Assembly (NCBI GenBank): GCA_013239625.1
Contig: MU054098.1
Span: 558,001 to 622,000 of the forward strand
Source of the DNA: Lama guanicoe
Taxonomy: Eukaryota
Direction: 5' to 3'
DNA: 64,000 nucleotides
Shown here: positions 40,615 to 53,449 of the stretch, piece after piece
Numbering within the stretch: position 1 is the first letter of the stretch
Layout: each line of letters begins with the position of its first letter
Made by a program: the position numbers and the translations under genes
Notes under the pieces: generated by a model
Told to the model about the DNA's origin: nothing
The model's input: only the letters and a program-made list of their open reading frames with translations
The model's database searches: none

Positions 40615-40799
40615 AAAAAGTTACTAATGAATTTGCAGAGAACAGTTGCAGTAGAGTGGTAAAGCTACAAAATTGATTTTTTTGAGATGAATTATAAATG
40701 GTAACAAGGAAGACATGAGTGATGATGTAATAATCTTGGCTGTAAGGTCTGGGAGACAGAGTGGCCATAATGTAATTTAATATACATATTAGGAAAAGC

Positions 40800-43700
40800 A
40801 TTTTTAAAAAATTCAGTTGTTTATTTATTCTTATATTAATTTATAAATTTAGAGACCTTTATCAAAATATAAACAGGCTTTTTAAATGGGCATAGAAAGT
40901 TGATATTAAAGCACAGAGGGAAAATTAAACATTCCAGAACATCTAGACAAGCTGTGAAAAATGTTATGAGTGGGGATTAACCACATGAGGTGACAAAATT
41001 TATTATAAAACTTTCATAATTAAAAGAGTGTGGAATTAGCACATAAATAGATGCACTATTAGAATAGAATGTAAACTTCAGAGGTAAGCCCAGATAGATA
41101 AGAAAATTTAATATGCTATAAAGATGGCATCATATATCACAGAGTAGACTGGCTTTTCAAATAAAAAGCATGAGACAAATGAATGATTACATGGAGGAAT
41201 ATAAAATTAAATGCATATCTCACCACGTATAAAAAGAAATGCCAAATGGGTCAAAGGCCTAAATGTAAAAACTGAGAAAAATGTGAGTGATTTATTGTCT
41301 AATCTGAGTATAGGGAGATAATTGATAACTACTACTCAACATGGAAAGGAAATTTGCATGATAAAATGAACTGCAAAATAACAACAACAACAACAAAAAT
41401 AATCATAAGCTACAGCCAATAGCAAACACAGAAAATATTTTCATTGATAGCATGTAAAACGTGTATCATCTGTGATGTATAAAGAGCTATTAAAATTGAG
41501 AAAAAAATAAAAACACAGAAAAACAAGCAAAAGACACATTCACTTTGTGAAAACCTGATTTAGCAATGGCACTTAACCACATTAAAACAAGCTCAACTTC
41601 AGTCATAACAAAGTAGATGCAAATTAAAACTACACTTAGATAACATTTCTACCTTTTGGATTGGCAAAATTTTAGTCTGAAAATACACTTCAGCAAGGTT
41701 CTAGGGAAATCAGCTCTCTTGCAGTCCTGGTGGAAATGAAAAATTGTTCAACCCTTACCTAAATGTATCTGTATACATTTATCCCATGATAAATCAATTC
41801 TACATCTAGGAATTTTTGCTGAAATTAAACTTCCAAAAATGAAAACACACACACAGAGTGAGAGAGAAAACACACACACAGAGTGAGAGAGAAAAAATGG
41901 TATGCACATGATTGTTTCTGGTGGAATTATTGGCAATCACAAAATATTAGAAACAACTTAAATGCTCATACTACACAAGAAATTGATTACATTATGATAT
42001 ATCTATAAAATGCAGTACTTGTGGTTATAAAGAAATAAAAGGAATTTGGCTTTTAAATGGAATGGTTAAATCCTTTACATGATACTTGGGTTTACATCTA
42101 CTATCTTACTGTGAATTGATAGTGGTTCCCAGGACATATTACCAAGTGAAAAACAGCAAAGTGTTAACGTGTATGTAATAGTTTATCTTTTATCTAAAAA
42201 AGGAGAAACAACAACATATATAGTTTTTTGCAAAAATAAACTCTGAAGTATATTCTAGAAATTAGTAAATGGGTTAACCACGGGAGAGAAGAATGACCTC
42301 TCTGAGTATACTGTTTGCATACTTTTGACTTTTGGAACATCATATTGAGGTTTTACAGATTGAAAAAATAAAGGCAACAAAGTAGGGCAAATCAACACTG
42401 AATGCGTACCAAAACCAAAAAATCCCTAACTATAAAGAATTGGTAACAGAAGCACACAGAGGACAAAATTCAAACTAAATCTAATATTTTGAACAAAATG
42501 CTTTGACTATATATCCTCAGTGGGAAACACTCTAAAGACAAAAAATTTGCAGTACAATTTAAAGCACAGCATTTTATTTGTTGAATGGTATGAGGATAAC
42601 AATTCTGAAATGAATTATTGTATTGTAGGCTTTAGAAAAAGTAAATAATAAATAAATATATTGATGCTTTTGAGGACCAGGTGAGAAAAATGAGGAGTAA
42701 CAAGGAATTGGGAAGGTGGCAGAAGAATCCTTGTTACTGGATTGGGAGTAAAGGCATAGGTCTGCTGGAGTAATGATATTCTAGTAGCAATAAGTATACC
42801 AAGAGTCCATATCTTGATTTATAAAACATCTGACCACTAAAAAAACAAGGGTTCCTAGTATGAAATAACTGATTTCAGAACTTGGACATAGAAAACAGAA
42901 GGTAAATCTGGCATAATTAATGCCAGAAAGTAAGAAAGTGCTCAAAGTACTGATGGAACATATCAAAAAGAGCTCTCATTGGACAAATCTGGGACAATTT
43001 GAGCACCAAGATGATTAGCAATAGTAATGAACTACGTTACATTGATCACAAAAGTATTCAGAAGTCTTTACCAATATGAATAAATAAATAACAAAGTGAG
43101 AAGGAAAATACTTCTTTACCATATAATGCCAACTAATAAAGGAAGAAAGAATAATAAAGTGAGAAAAATTATCAGTCTACAATCACATCATAAAAATGGT
43201 TCAAAGAAGAGTCATCAGTGGATTCTAAATCCATTCAGTCAAAGTTTGTTGAAAATAATTTCTTAATCTCCAAATGTATGTAGATTTTCTGGTTACCTTT
43301 TGGAAAACATTTCTATCTCATTTGAATTTGAATCACTTTATGATTCTAACACTTGAAATTTATTGAGATTTATGGCCAAATATACGGTCAATTTTGATAA
43401 ATATTTCTTATATGCATTTTTCACTTATCAGTAAGTTCAGCTTTTTTCATTGTCCTCATATAATTACTGAAAAAGCTATGTTAAACTCTTATACCATAAT
43501 TACAGATTTGTCCATCTATCCTACAATTCTATCCATTTTTGATTTAGTAATGTTGAGGTCATATTATTATATACATACACATTCATTATGCTGCATCTTT
43601 CAAATGAATTAAATCATTCAGCATTATTAAAATAATCATTTTTTCTGACAAATCTATCCTGACAGATTATTAATTTAGCTACATGATCTTTCTGTTGGTT

Positions 43701-45600
43701 AGTGTTTGTGTGGAATACCCTTTTTTATCTGTTACTTTCCTTATGATTTATATATGTCTCTTATAAACACATAGTTGGATTATTTTTTCAAATCTTGCCT
43801 GACAGTCTTAGAATATTTAGTTCCATTTATAATTAATACAATTATGGATATATTTGGTTTTAATTCTGCCATCTTAGTGTGTGTTTCTTTATTTTCTCAC
43901 CTGATTTGTGTTCTTTTATTTTTAATCTTTCATTGCCTCCTTTTGGATTTATTACTCTGTAATATTCTTCTGCAAATTTGGAAATTAAACGTTTCTTTTC
44001 TATCAGTGATTACCATCGAATGTCCAAGTTATAATTTATTCATCAAAGCTTAATATTAAATATCATTTTTATTTTTCCCCTGGACAATGAAAAAAGTTTA
44101 CTTTCAACCCTCTGTACTTACATGCTATTATTTTGTGCATTTTAGTTCCATTAAGATACCAAGCTCCGCAAAACATTGTCATTATTGTTTTACACAATGT
44201 TTATTTATATTTAACCACACATTTGCCATTTTCATTACACTTAAGTGCTTCCTGCATCTCCAACCTTCCACCTGTGGCCATTTTCTTTGAAGAACACCCT
44301 TTAGTATTTCCTTAAGTAGGGGTCTGCATTTGTCATATTCTCTTCGTTTTTCCTTGTTTGACAGTGCCTTTATTTCACTGTGATTCTTGAGGCATACTTT
44401 TGCTAAATATATGATTCTAGCTTAGCATTCACTTTCAATCAGCACATTGACACTATCATTTTAGTATCTTGTAGCTTTCATTGTTGTTGTTGAGAAGGCA
44501 TTCATCCATCTTATTGTTGCTGTGCTGAAATGAACTTGATCTATTTTTTTCTTTAAGGTTGATATATTTTTCTCTTTTTCTGCAATATCACTATGATGGA
44601 TCTAAATGTTGATTGCTTTTTATTCATTCTGTTTGGGACTTCTTGAGCTCTTTAAAAGTGAGAATCAGTGTCTTCCATAAATTTGAAAAGTCATTATTTC
44701 TTCAAATATTGCTCTTCTGCCGTTCTTTTCCCACCTTGTGGGACTCTTTTCACTGTACACTGTACGTCTATTGTCTTCTTGTTCTCTCTGTTCTATCCTT
44801 CCAATTTTCCTTGCTTCATTGGTCACAGTTTCTCCTAACTAACCTCCAGCAATGCTCTCTTCAGCCATGTCTAATCTGTCTTTGAGTTCTTAGGTTTCCA
44901 TGTATGCTCAAGCTCCAGATTTCCTCATTGTTTCTCATATTTTAAATATCAGCCTTTATAGTTTGCAGTTTCTTGCTGAAATATTTAAGTTCAGCTTGTA
45001 ATCTTCATGTACATGCTACAAATAGTTGTTTAAAGTCTATGTCTGGTAATTCAACTATCTTGAGTGCCTATAGGTTCATCTACATTATCTTTTATTGTGT
45101 TATATCTGGTTCACATTGTCTTGTTTCTTTATGTGTCTTTTTATCATTGTATTTCAGTTACTAGAATTGAATATTATTGAAAGAAATGATTTGAAGCTTA
45201 GGATATTGATTTTTTTTTTGCTTATACCAAAAAATTTAGAAAAGTGAAGAATATGAAATCATCATAATCCAATTTTGAGACTTTTTTTTTTTTGATTACC
45301 TAGGTGACTTGAACCAGGCCTGAACTACATGTCAAGGGTGGTTTATCCTGGTCCATTCTTATTTCTAGTGTACAGGTCTTTGGGACCCAAAAATAAGTTC
45401 AAGTTGATTGACCCATGAGACTAAAGTGAGCTTCTCAGCCTGTCATCACATCTTCAGGTTTGCAAATGCATCATTAACAAATGTGACCCAAAAGTCACAG
45501 TCATTTTTCCTGAATTTCTGTCTTTTTATGGACCTCTCACTATCTTATTAGCTTCTTAATGCTTATGGTATTTTTACATATTTTTGTTGTCTTTAGCATG
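40800..45600. mobile_element. Highly decayed old LINE-1 (plus to ~43250, minus after that)
   Basis: Switch in strand A/T skew; residual motifs 'atgcaaattaaaactac' and 'gattggcaaaatt'. Boundaries approximate. Confidence 0.6.
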
Positions 45601-46684
45601 AATCAGTGCAAGTTACTCAAATTGTCATTATTAGAAGCTGATGCCTCTAATATTCTGATTTAATTTAGCTGTGTATTTCCTTTGTAAGCACCATAAGAGC
45701 TGGCGTATTTGTAGAAAAGCTCTTCAAGATTTAGGGGGTAAAAGCTGTGAGCTCTTGAGTATGTAGGTCAAATTTTGTTTGTAGATTCAGTTTTTTTACT
45801 CGCTGGGAGAAGTATCATTGCTTTTTATCCAAAGGTTTGTGTGTGTGTATATTCACCTGCAATAAAACAATCTTAAAACTTAAATAAATAAACCCAGAGT
45901 CAAAATCTATAGATGATATCAGTAAAATTTTGAGATCTTGATCTTCAAAAATTTACCAGAATCTTTTACAGAATGTAACTCTGAAGAGAAATTATTCAAT
46001 GAGACACTAAATGTAAGTTCTAACTAGAAGAGAGAGAGGAAAAAAAGGAAAAATGAATTGTAAAAGGCCTGATATTATAATTAGTTCAATTTTTTACTTT
46101 AAATTAGCATTATTAAGGCATGAATATCTTAAATATAAGCAATAAGATGATCACTTCTCTCCTTTCAATCCTTCCCAAATCTTAAAGAAACAAATTTTTT
46201 TTTTGTATAACCAGAATCCAAGAAGATAGTTAAAAACAGAGGTGAAATAGTATATTTTAGGTTGATTAACAGCATAAATTTAGACATCTTTACTTTGTAA
46301 AGATTTGTATGGCACTATTAATTTTTCCATTGAAGAAGACATAGAATTAGAATTAAAAAGATTAATATTCTGGAATAGATTGATATTTTCTAAGATTTAA
46401 ATATTATTGTTTAAAAAGTTAGATATCAACATATATCTTTGTCATCTTCAAATTGTTTTAAATATCTCAAAGGTTATGTGTCTGTGTTGCAGAATTCATT
46501 GGCATTTTGATGCATAAAATAATTTAGCAGCATAAATGGAAACTTTACATTTGCATATTTATATACATTACGTTTCTTTCATTATTGTTAACCTAAATAT
46601 CAGATAAATAGGTTAAGAATAATTATTAACTAGAAGAATCCCGATTAAACGCAAATGTTACCAGTCGACGTCTGTACGTTGTTC

Positions 46685-46727
46685 ACAGTACATAATCCGA
46701 AAGTATTGAGCATAGCCGCTGCAATTC
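46685..46727 (-). promoter_or_regulatory. Editing complementary sequence (ECS) in HTR2C intron V
   Basis: Intronic GAATTGCAGCGGCTATGCTCAATACTTTCGGATTATGTACTGT is an imperfect reverse complement of exonic GCAATACGTAATCCTATTGAGCATAGCCGTTTCAATTC. Confidence 0.93.
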
Positions 46728-46750
46728 TAATGGCCAAGAAAGTTAATTAC

Positions 46751-46951
46751 CTAAAGAAATTGCCCAAACAATAGCAATCTTCATGATGGCCTTAGTCCGT
46801 GAATTGAAACGGCTATGCTCAATAGGATTACGTATTGCTACATACCGATCCAGCGAGATAGCGCAGAGGTGCATGATGGACGCTGTAGAAAATAAAACAT
46901 CTAAAGAAATCCAGACGGGGCACAAATATCTAGGTAGTGGCCAGACATAAT
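46751..46951 (-). CDS. HTR2C: HTR2C edited exon (exon V; TM3-ICL2-TM4), 201 nt
   Basis: (D)[66 protein letters not shown](G). Acceptor tctttcAG at 46953-46952; donor G|GTAATT at 46750. The phase joins the last exon (G+GT = Gly). Confidence 0.99.
46815..46832 (-). promoter_or_regulatory. SNORD115 (HBII-52) complementary site overlapping A-to-I sites E, C and D
   Basis: The plus strand reads ATGCTCAATAGGATTACG, the 18-nt antisense element of SNORD115. Confidence 0.85.
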
Positions 46952-47124
46952 CTGAAAGAGAACAGAAAGAAGACAAGAGCATGTTATGCAAATTATACCA
47001 ACTAGTTTTAAATTTAATTTACTTATTTGTTCGTCTCATAATCCAAGCTTTTTAAAGAAAGTGAAATTTGGTAAACATTGTTTTCCATAGTAATGATGAC
47101 AGTGATGTATTCAGTGTTACATAT

Positions 47125-49340
47125 ATTACATTTTATTGAAGTAAAATTTACATATCATAAAATTAATCACTTTAAAGGGTACAATCCAGAGGCATTTAGT
47201 ACATTCACAGTATTATGAAATCACCTCTTTCTAGTTCCAAAACATTTCCTCATTGCAAAAGGAAATTGATACATATTAAGCAGTCACTCTCCATAAAAAA
47301 AACTCCATCCCCCAGCCCCCGGCCCCAGACAATTTCTAATCTGCTTTTTGTCTCGATGAATTTAGCTAATCTGGATATTTCACATAAGTGGAATTGTCCA
47401 ATAAGTATGTCTGGCTTCTTTCACTTAGCATAGCATTTTGACGTTCATCTATTTTGTAGCTTCTATCAGTACTTCATTTTTTTTTTTTATGACTGATGCT
47501 CTTATAAGTTGAGATTTTTTTTTGATGCTCTTGTAAATGGAGTCGTTTTCTTAATTTCCTTTATGGATTGCTCATTACTCATGTATAGAACTGTAATTAA
47601 TTTTCATGTATTAATCTTATATCCTGCAACTTTGCTGAATTCATTTATTAGATCTATTTGTTTTTCTGTGTGTGTAAGTTCTTTAGGATATTCCATATGT
47701 AAGATCATGTCATCTGTGAAGAGAGGTAATTTTATTTTTTCTGTTCCAATTTTCTTCTGCTTTTTATTTTCTTTCTTGCTTAATTGCTTTAGATAAAATT
47801 TCCAGTGCAATGTTGAATGGAAGTAGTAAAAGTAGACATCCTATCTTCTTCCTGATCTTGAAGAAAAATCTTTCATTATCGAGTAGCCCAATATTTAAGT
47901 GTCCTTTCTTCCCTCTTTTTCCTTCTCTTCTCCTTCTGGCACTCCCATTATGCATGTGTTAATAAACTTGAGAGTATCTCATGTATCTCTCAGGTGTGTT
48001 CATTTTTCTTCATGTTTTTCTCTTTCTGCTCCTCATACTAGATAATCTCAAATGACCTATCTTCAAGTTCTCTAATTATTCCTTCTTTCTCCTCGATTCT
48101 GCAGTGGAATAGTCTAGCAAATTTTTCATTTCAATTTTTGTAATTTTCAGCCTCCAAATTTCTATTTGATTTATTTTTATGATTTATATTCCCTTTTGCT
48201 ATTCTTTATTTGTTGAGACTGTGTTCATCTGGTTTCTTTTCATCCTTTGTCCACAGTTTCCTTTGGCTATTTGAGCATATGTGAGAGAATTGATTTAAAG
48301 TCTTTGTCTAATAAGTCTAGTGTCTAAGCTTCCTCAGGATCATTTTCTATTACTTTATTTTTTTCCTGTGAATAGGCCATGTTTTCTAGTTTCTTTACAT
48401 TCCTCTTACTTTTGATGATAATTAAATATTTTGAATATTATAATGTGGCAATTTAGGAAATTAGATTTTGCCCCTTTCTGGGGTTAGCTTTTACTACTTT
48501 TTGAGTTAATTTTGTTTGTTTCTTTACTGATTTTTCTAAACTACTTTTGTAAATTCTATTTTCTTTGTCCCATGTGGCCGCTGATACCAGTGTTCTCTCA
48601 GCTTAGTGGTATCTAGTGTTTTGATGGAGGTTTCTTAAACGTCTATAGGCAAGGGAAAAAAAATACTCCTTTAGTCTACAGATTGGCTCTGTTTGGGAGC
48701 CCTCCTTTAGTGATTAGTGAGGCTGTTTATAACTTGGTGTTAGCCTTCAATTTAGGCATGCACTGAGACTCAGAGGCTGAAGGTCAGCTCAAACACAGAT
48801 AAAAATAATGTCTTTTCATGCTTTTTATAAGCAAGCCTTAAAAATAAAGGCTGATTTCCCAACATATCTACTTTCCCAGCCTCTTCCTTCCCAGATCATT
48901 CAGCCTGTCTCTTGCTTGTCTAGTTTGTTTTTTCTTGTCCTAGTCTGCTCAAGATCATCCTTACACTCTTAAATTTTTCTAGCAAACCCCACCCAGATCA
49001 TCACTCCAGCTCTAGCGATGCTTTAGTCAGCCAAAACAAAGGTAAGTCCTTGTGCCTGTACTTCAGGGATTCACCAAATAAGTCTAAAATGATAAGCACA
49101 ATTCTTTGAGAATGAGATCTATACTATTCCCTTCTGGCACTAACAACCTATACTAGGAGTACAGTCTGTCATACTATAATCAATTGCTGATCTGGAGGTG
49201 AGGATATGGTAGGCAGACACCTTAAAACTTTCTTACTGCAAAGCATCTGCTTCTTCCTTCACCAAGCCTTCCCTTATTTGTTTTAGATTTTTTGCCTAGT
49301 TTTCAGAGTTCTGTAAAAGTTGAGTGTGGACATTTGTTGC
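47125..49340 (-). mobile_element. LINE-1 fragments
   Basis: ORF 47604-47810 KLPLFTDDMILHME...LINEFSKVAGYKIN (L1 RT), plus a 3'UTR piece and ORF1/5' pieces. Confidence 0.85.
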
Positions 49341-49389
49341 TCTTGTGGAAGAACAGAGCACTAGTGCTCTCTCTCACATAAATTATTTA

Positions 49390-50181
49390 TTCCTTAATTT
49401 ACCTTATGTTATTAATTTCCTTACTATGTGCTAAACATTTTGTTCGGTTCCAGAAGAAAGATTAGTAAATGGCAAAAACTCTGTTGTTCCTATGCTTCTA
49501 GCTACCAGCCGAATTCCTGCTTTCATTTTGATGATGATCTTTGGTGTGGCATTATGTCTGACTCTGGTTTGGTGTAAGGATTGACAGAATACTCTAACGA
49601 AGTTCTTTTTAATATTGGTGTTCTTAATAAAAGAGTTGAGATCCAAATGGTATTCCATACTGCAAAGTTTTCACATTGGAGACTCATTACAGGTGCAAAG
49701 TTTCTGTCATGACATTGGCATCCAAGATCTAGCAACTGAATGCAAAAAGTAACCCTTTTTAATCTGCTCTTTGCTGAATTGTTTTATGATGTGTTGTATA
49801 CTAGTCTGTTGGAGTGGTTAGTGAGAACTATTTTAGATACTGGGCTCTGCTCCTATGTAACCTTGGTAGGTATTACTACTTTATAGAATACCCAATGTAG
49901 AATACTATTTTCTTGGAGAAGTTAGAGAAAACAAGTAGATATATGACTGTGGAAATATTTGGGACGATGATCAGCACCCTTCCTTTTAATAGTTTTGATT
50001 TTTTTAGGAAAAAGCTGAAGGATACGTGAATATTTAGACTGATGAACTGGGGCTTCACGATCTAAAAGGCTTTCTTGATAATGAGGCAGTACTGATCAAA
50101 ACACGCTACTTTTAAGGTGAACATTATTGCCAATCAGTAAGAGATCTTGTACAATTTATTATTCTTTCATTTTTGGGTCCT
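49390..50181 (-). pseudogene. Candidate bornavirus-like L polymerase relic, part 2 (pre-motif A to motif B/C)
   Basis: GPK...IVQDLLLIG (GPSRLVNALIDG), SRILQLFPKKIKTIKRKG (LFPK at 50014; DRLTVLVPKEKELKVKG), IVLTNHSNRL (VLT at 49828; TALTHLLNRL), YFLHSVARSW (FVINLDYSSW), SFFW...KEIN (TSCW...REIN). Confidence 0.4.
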
Positions 50182-50399
50182 ATCCCTTCAGTAACACTCT
50201 TGTTTTGGTTGCCTGGATCCTCAACATTTATCAGGATATAATGTATCCTTAGATGTCTATCCCAAGGCAGTCAAATTTTCATTTTTTCATTTTTATAGCT
50301 CATTCTGCTTTAATCTGTATTACTTATTCATGCACGTTTGGATGATGGCATTTTCTTAGACAAACAATTAGAATTTATATTTATACTGCTTGTTATTTA

Positions 50400-51620
50400 T
50401 TGAATTTCATGAATCCATAAATATATGACTTTCACTAAATTTGAGGAATTTTCAGCCCTTTTCTTTTTTTTTCAAATAGTTTTGGCTCCATTCTTCCTTT
50501 TTTACCCTCTGGATTTCCAGCTGGATGTGTGTTAGAATGTTTGATATTGTTTTCATAGATTCCTGAGAATGAATTCCTTTTCTTCTAAATATATTTTTCT
50601 CTCTGATCTTGATTTTGGATGATTTCTATTCATCTGTCTTCTAGTGCACTGGCTATTTTCTCTGTTATCTTCATTATACTGTTTAATTTATCCAGATAGT
50701 TTTTAAAATTTCATGTATTGTTTTTCAGCTCTCAAATTTCCATTCAGTTATTTTTGTTGTTTTTATTTATCTTCTGAGGTTTCCTATTTTCAATCATTTT
50801 GAGCATATTTTCCTTTATGTCACTGAAGATAAATATAATAGCAGCAATAAACTCTTTGTGAATTTCAATATCTGGGTGTTCTCTGTTGGGATAGGTCTCT
50901 GTTGAAAGGTTTGTGTGTGTGTGTGTGTGTGCACGCACACATGTATGTGAATGGATTATGTCTTTCTGTTTCTTCTTATACTGAGAAATTTTACATTATA
51001 ACCTAAATATTGTGAATGTTATATTGTTGAAATGTTGGGCTCTGTAATATTTCTCTGAAGAGTGTCGGTGTTTTTGTTTTTCCTGGTCATTAGGTTGTTT
51101 GGACTCAAACTACAATCTCTGTCTCTTGGGCTACCCCTCAAAAATCAATTCAGGACATTTATCTTTTCTTGGGTTGCTTGAAGTATGTCCTAGACATTCC
51201 GGGTTCAGCTAGAGATTTAAGCAGAGTTTATCATTCCTCAGAGAAGAATTTGTGATTCCTTCTAACTCTCCCATTTCCTAGATGCTCCCTCAACTTCCAG
51301 TTTTGAGATTTCCTCAAACTCTGTACTCAGTTTCTTTGGGCTATAAAAACTGCAGATTTTTTTTTTTTGGAGGTTTAGCCACTTCACCTGGCAGATAGAC
51401 TGCATCTTCCCCTTAGGATACAAGTCATGAAATTTGGAAACTCAACCAGTGTTACTCCCTTCTCCCAAGTCTTGAGACTCTCTGGAATCTTTCTGTCTTA
51501 GGTTTTTCTCCAGTACCTTCAGATAGTTGTTCTTGTATTCTGTTTAGAGTTAATAGTTTTTATCTGCAGGAAAGTCAGTTCAGCAGAAGCTTACTTGGCA
51601 ATACCAGAGGTGTAACTAGC
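50400..51620 (-). mobile_element. Old LINE-1 5'/ORF1 fragment
   Basis: T-rich L1M ORF1-like text 'ttttcagctctcaaatttccatt'. Confidence 0.65.
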
Positions 51621-51934
51621 AACCACTAGAGTTCAAAGAGTGCAACAAAGAAATTAAAGACATGATTAAAAATTCTTTTCAACAAAAATGTTTATGATTG
51701 TTCATTTCTGTTCATTGTTTTCTTGTAATCTCCTCAGATTGGATCCACCATGGAAGTTGATTGTGTTGGGGTTTGGGGTATTCTTGACCTGTTTCACATG
51801 CTGAAATTACTTTTCCAGTTGTGTTTCAAATGTACAAGTCTCACTATGCCATTATGTGGTGAATTTTGTTGCCATAACCACTGGAATATAAGATTCATTG
51901 GGTCAGTAATTGTTATTTGTTTTATTTTTCTAGT

Positions 51935-52310
51935 ATTTTATCCATAATGCTTAGATCAATGTTTGGCATGAAGTAGGCACTGATAAATATTTGTTAAATG
52001 TATAAAAGAATATTCCCCTTACCTCAACAGATCATAACCTCACCCATCCTAGACTCAGCTTCACCATATGCCAATACATATTCTCATTAAGGTACATATC
52101 CACTCTGCAAAGTCACTGCACTATCTGGTCAGTTCTCAGCAGTCATATGCTTAATAATAATAAAAATGGCAAAAGCTATTCTGCAGTACCTTTCATGTAC
52201 CAAGCGCAGTGTAAAGCACTTCTTTTTTAGTTTTATTCCATACAAAACATTTTCTGCAATGTCACTTCTATTATGCTACAGTGTGAGGAAAATGCGTCTC
52301 AAAGTTTCAG
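51935..52310. mobile_element. L2 3' end plus MIR relic
   Basis: 'tttggcatgaagtaggcactgataaatatttgttaaatg' (L2) and 'aataataa...gtaccaagcgcagtgtaaagcactt' (MIR). A second L2 end lies at ~53187-53232. Confidence 0.6.
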
Positions 52311-53449
52311 ACTTATTCAAGTCTACAGTGTGAGTAAAGAAATTTGTTCCAAACCTGACATTTTTTCTGAACACTAAGGTACCTCCTATCACCATACACT
52401 ATTTCTTATTAAATAATAAATACAATTGCTTCTGCAATAGAGGACAATATTCCTTGTACAGGTTTTTCAAGAAGTCTACTTCTAAACATTCAAGACCACA
52501 AAATCCAAAGTCAATGAACAAGCACCTAAGTAAAAACTATCCCAAAGATAGCAATATCAGAATGAATGAGATCATTAATTTCTAGATTAACTTCATAATA
52601 ATTCAAAATTCTCCAAATTTTGTAAGCTAAGTTTTCTCAAACTTGGCCGATCATAATTATCCACTGAGATTCCTATTAAAAATATTCTTTCCTGGGTTTC
52701 ACCACAGATCTATTAATTAAAAATATTTAGGATTTCAGCGAAATTTTAATGTATTCATATTTTTATTTTAAAGAAGGCAAATGGATTTTTCAAGTTATCT
52801 GAGTGGAAATAAAATATATTTTCTTCAGATAAATTTATGTGATCAGGCACATTTCATACAGGAATTATATAAAAAGTTTAGTGGAAATTGCACAGCAAAG
52901 AGGCCAGACAGCATAATTGCCATGAGGGAGGTCACTTAGTTGAATGAGATTAAATCTTATTTTCAGAGGCAAAAGTTGTATAGTGTTTCATAAGACATTT
53001 TCCTGCATTCAGTCATTCATTTATTCGTTCAAAGGTTACATAAGTCTTAGTAACTCCAAAAAACACAGGCATTCCCACTAATATTGCAATAATGACAAAT
53101 ATTGAATAAAAGACATTGTAAAATTTCAGTTCATTTGTGCAAATGAAAAATAAAAGGGCTTTATTTCTAAGAAATAACGGAGACAACCTTTGCCTGGCAC
53201 AAAGTAGATACTCAATAAGTATTTGTTAAATGTGGAAAGGAATATCTTCACCCTGCAGATCATAACCCTATCACAGAGAAAAGAATAATTTTCCAGTATT
53301 CTGATAATAAAATTAAGAGATGTGTAAATGTTGGATTGTGAAATAATCCAAAAGCTGGAATGGAAATAAGAAGTTATCACTGATGTCTTTGAGTTAAAAT
53401 ATCTGAAAAGATAAACAATAATAAAAAATTTAAGTTTCCCCAATTCATT

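Noticed and set aside
41841..41890. 25-bp tandem duplication of a CA/GA microsatellite unit
   Set aside because: Ordinary slippage, as are the (CA)n tracts near 34003, 50912 and 55536 and the poly(T) near 4706-4740.
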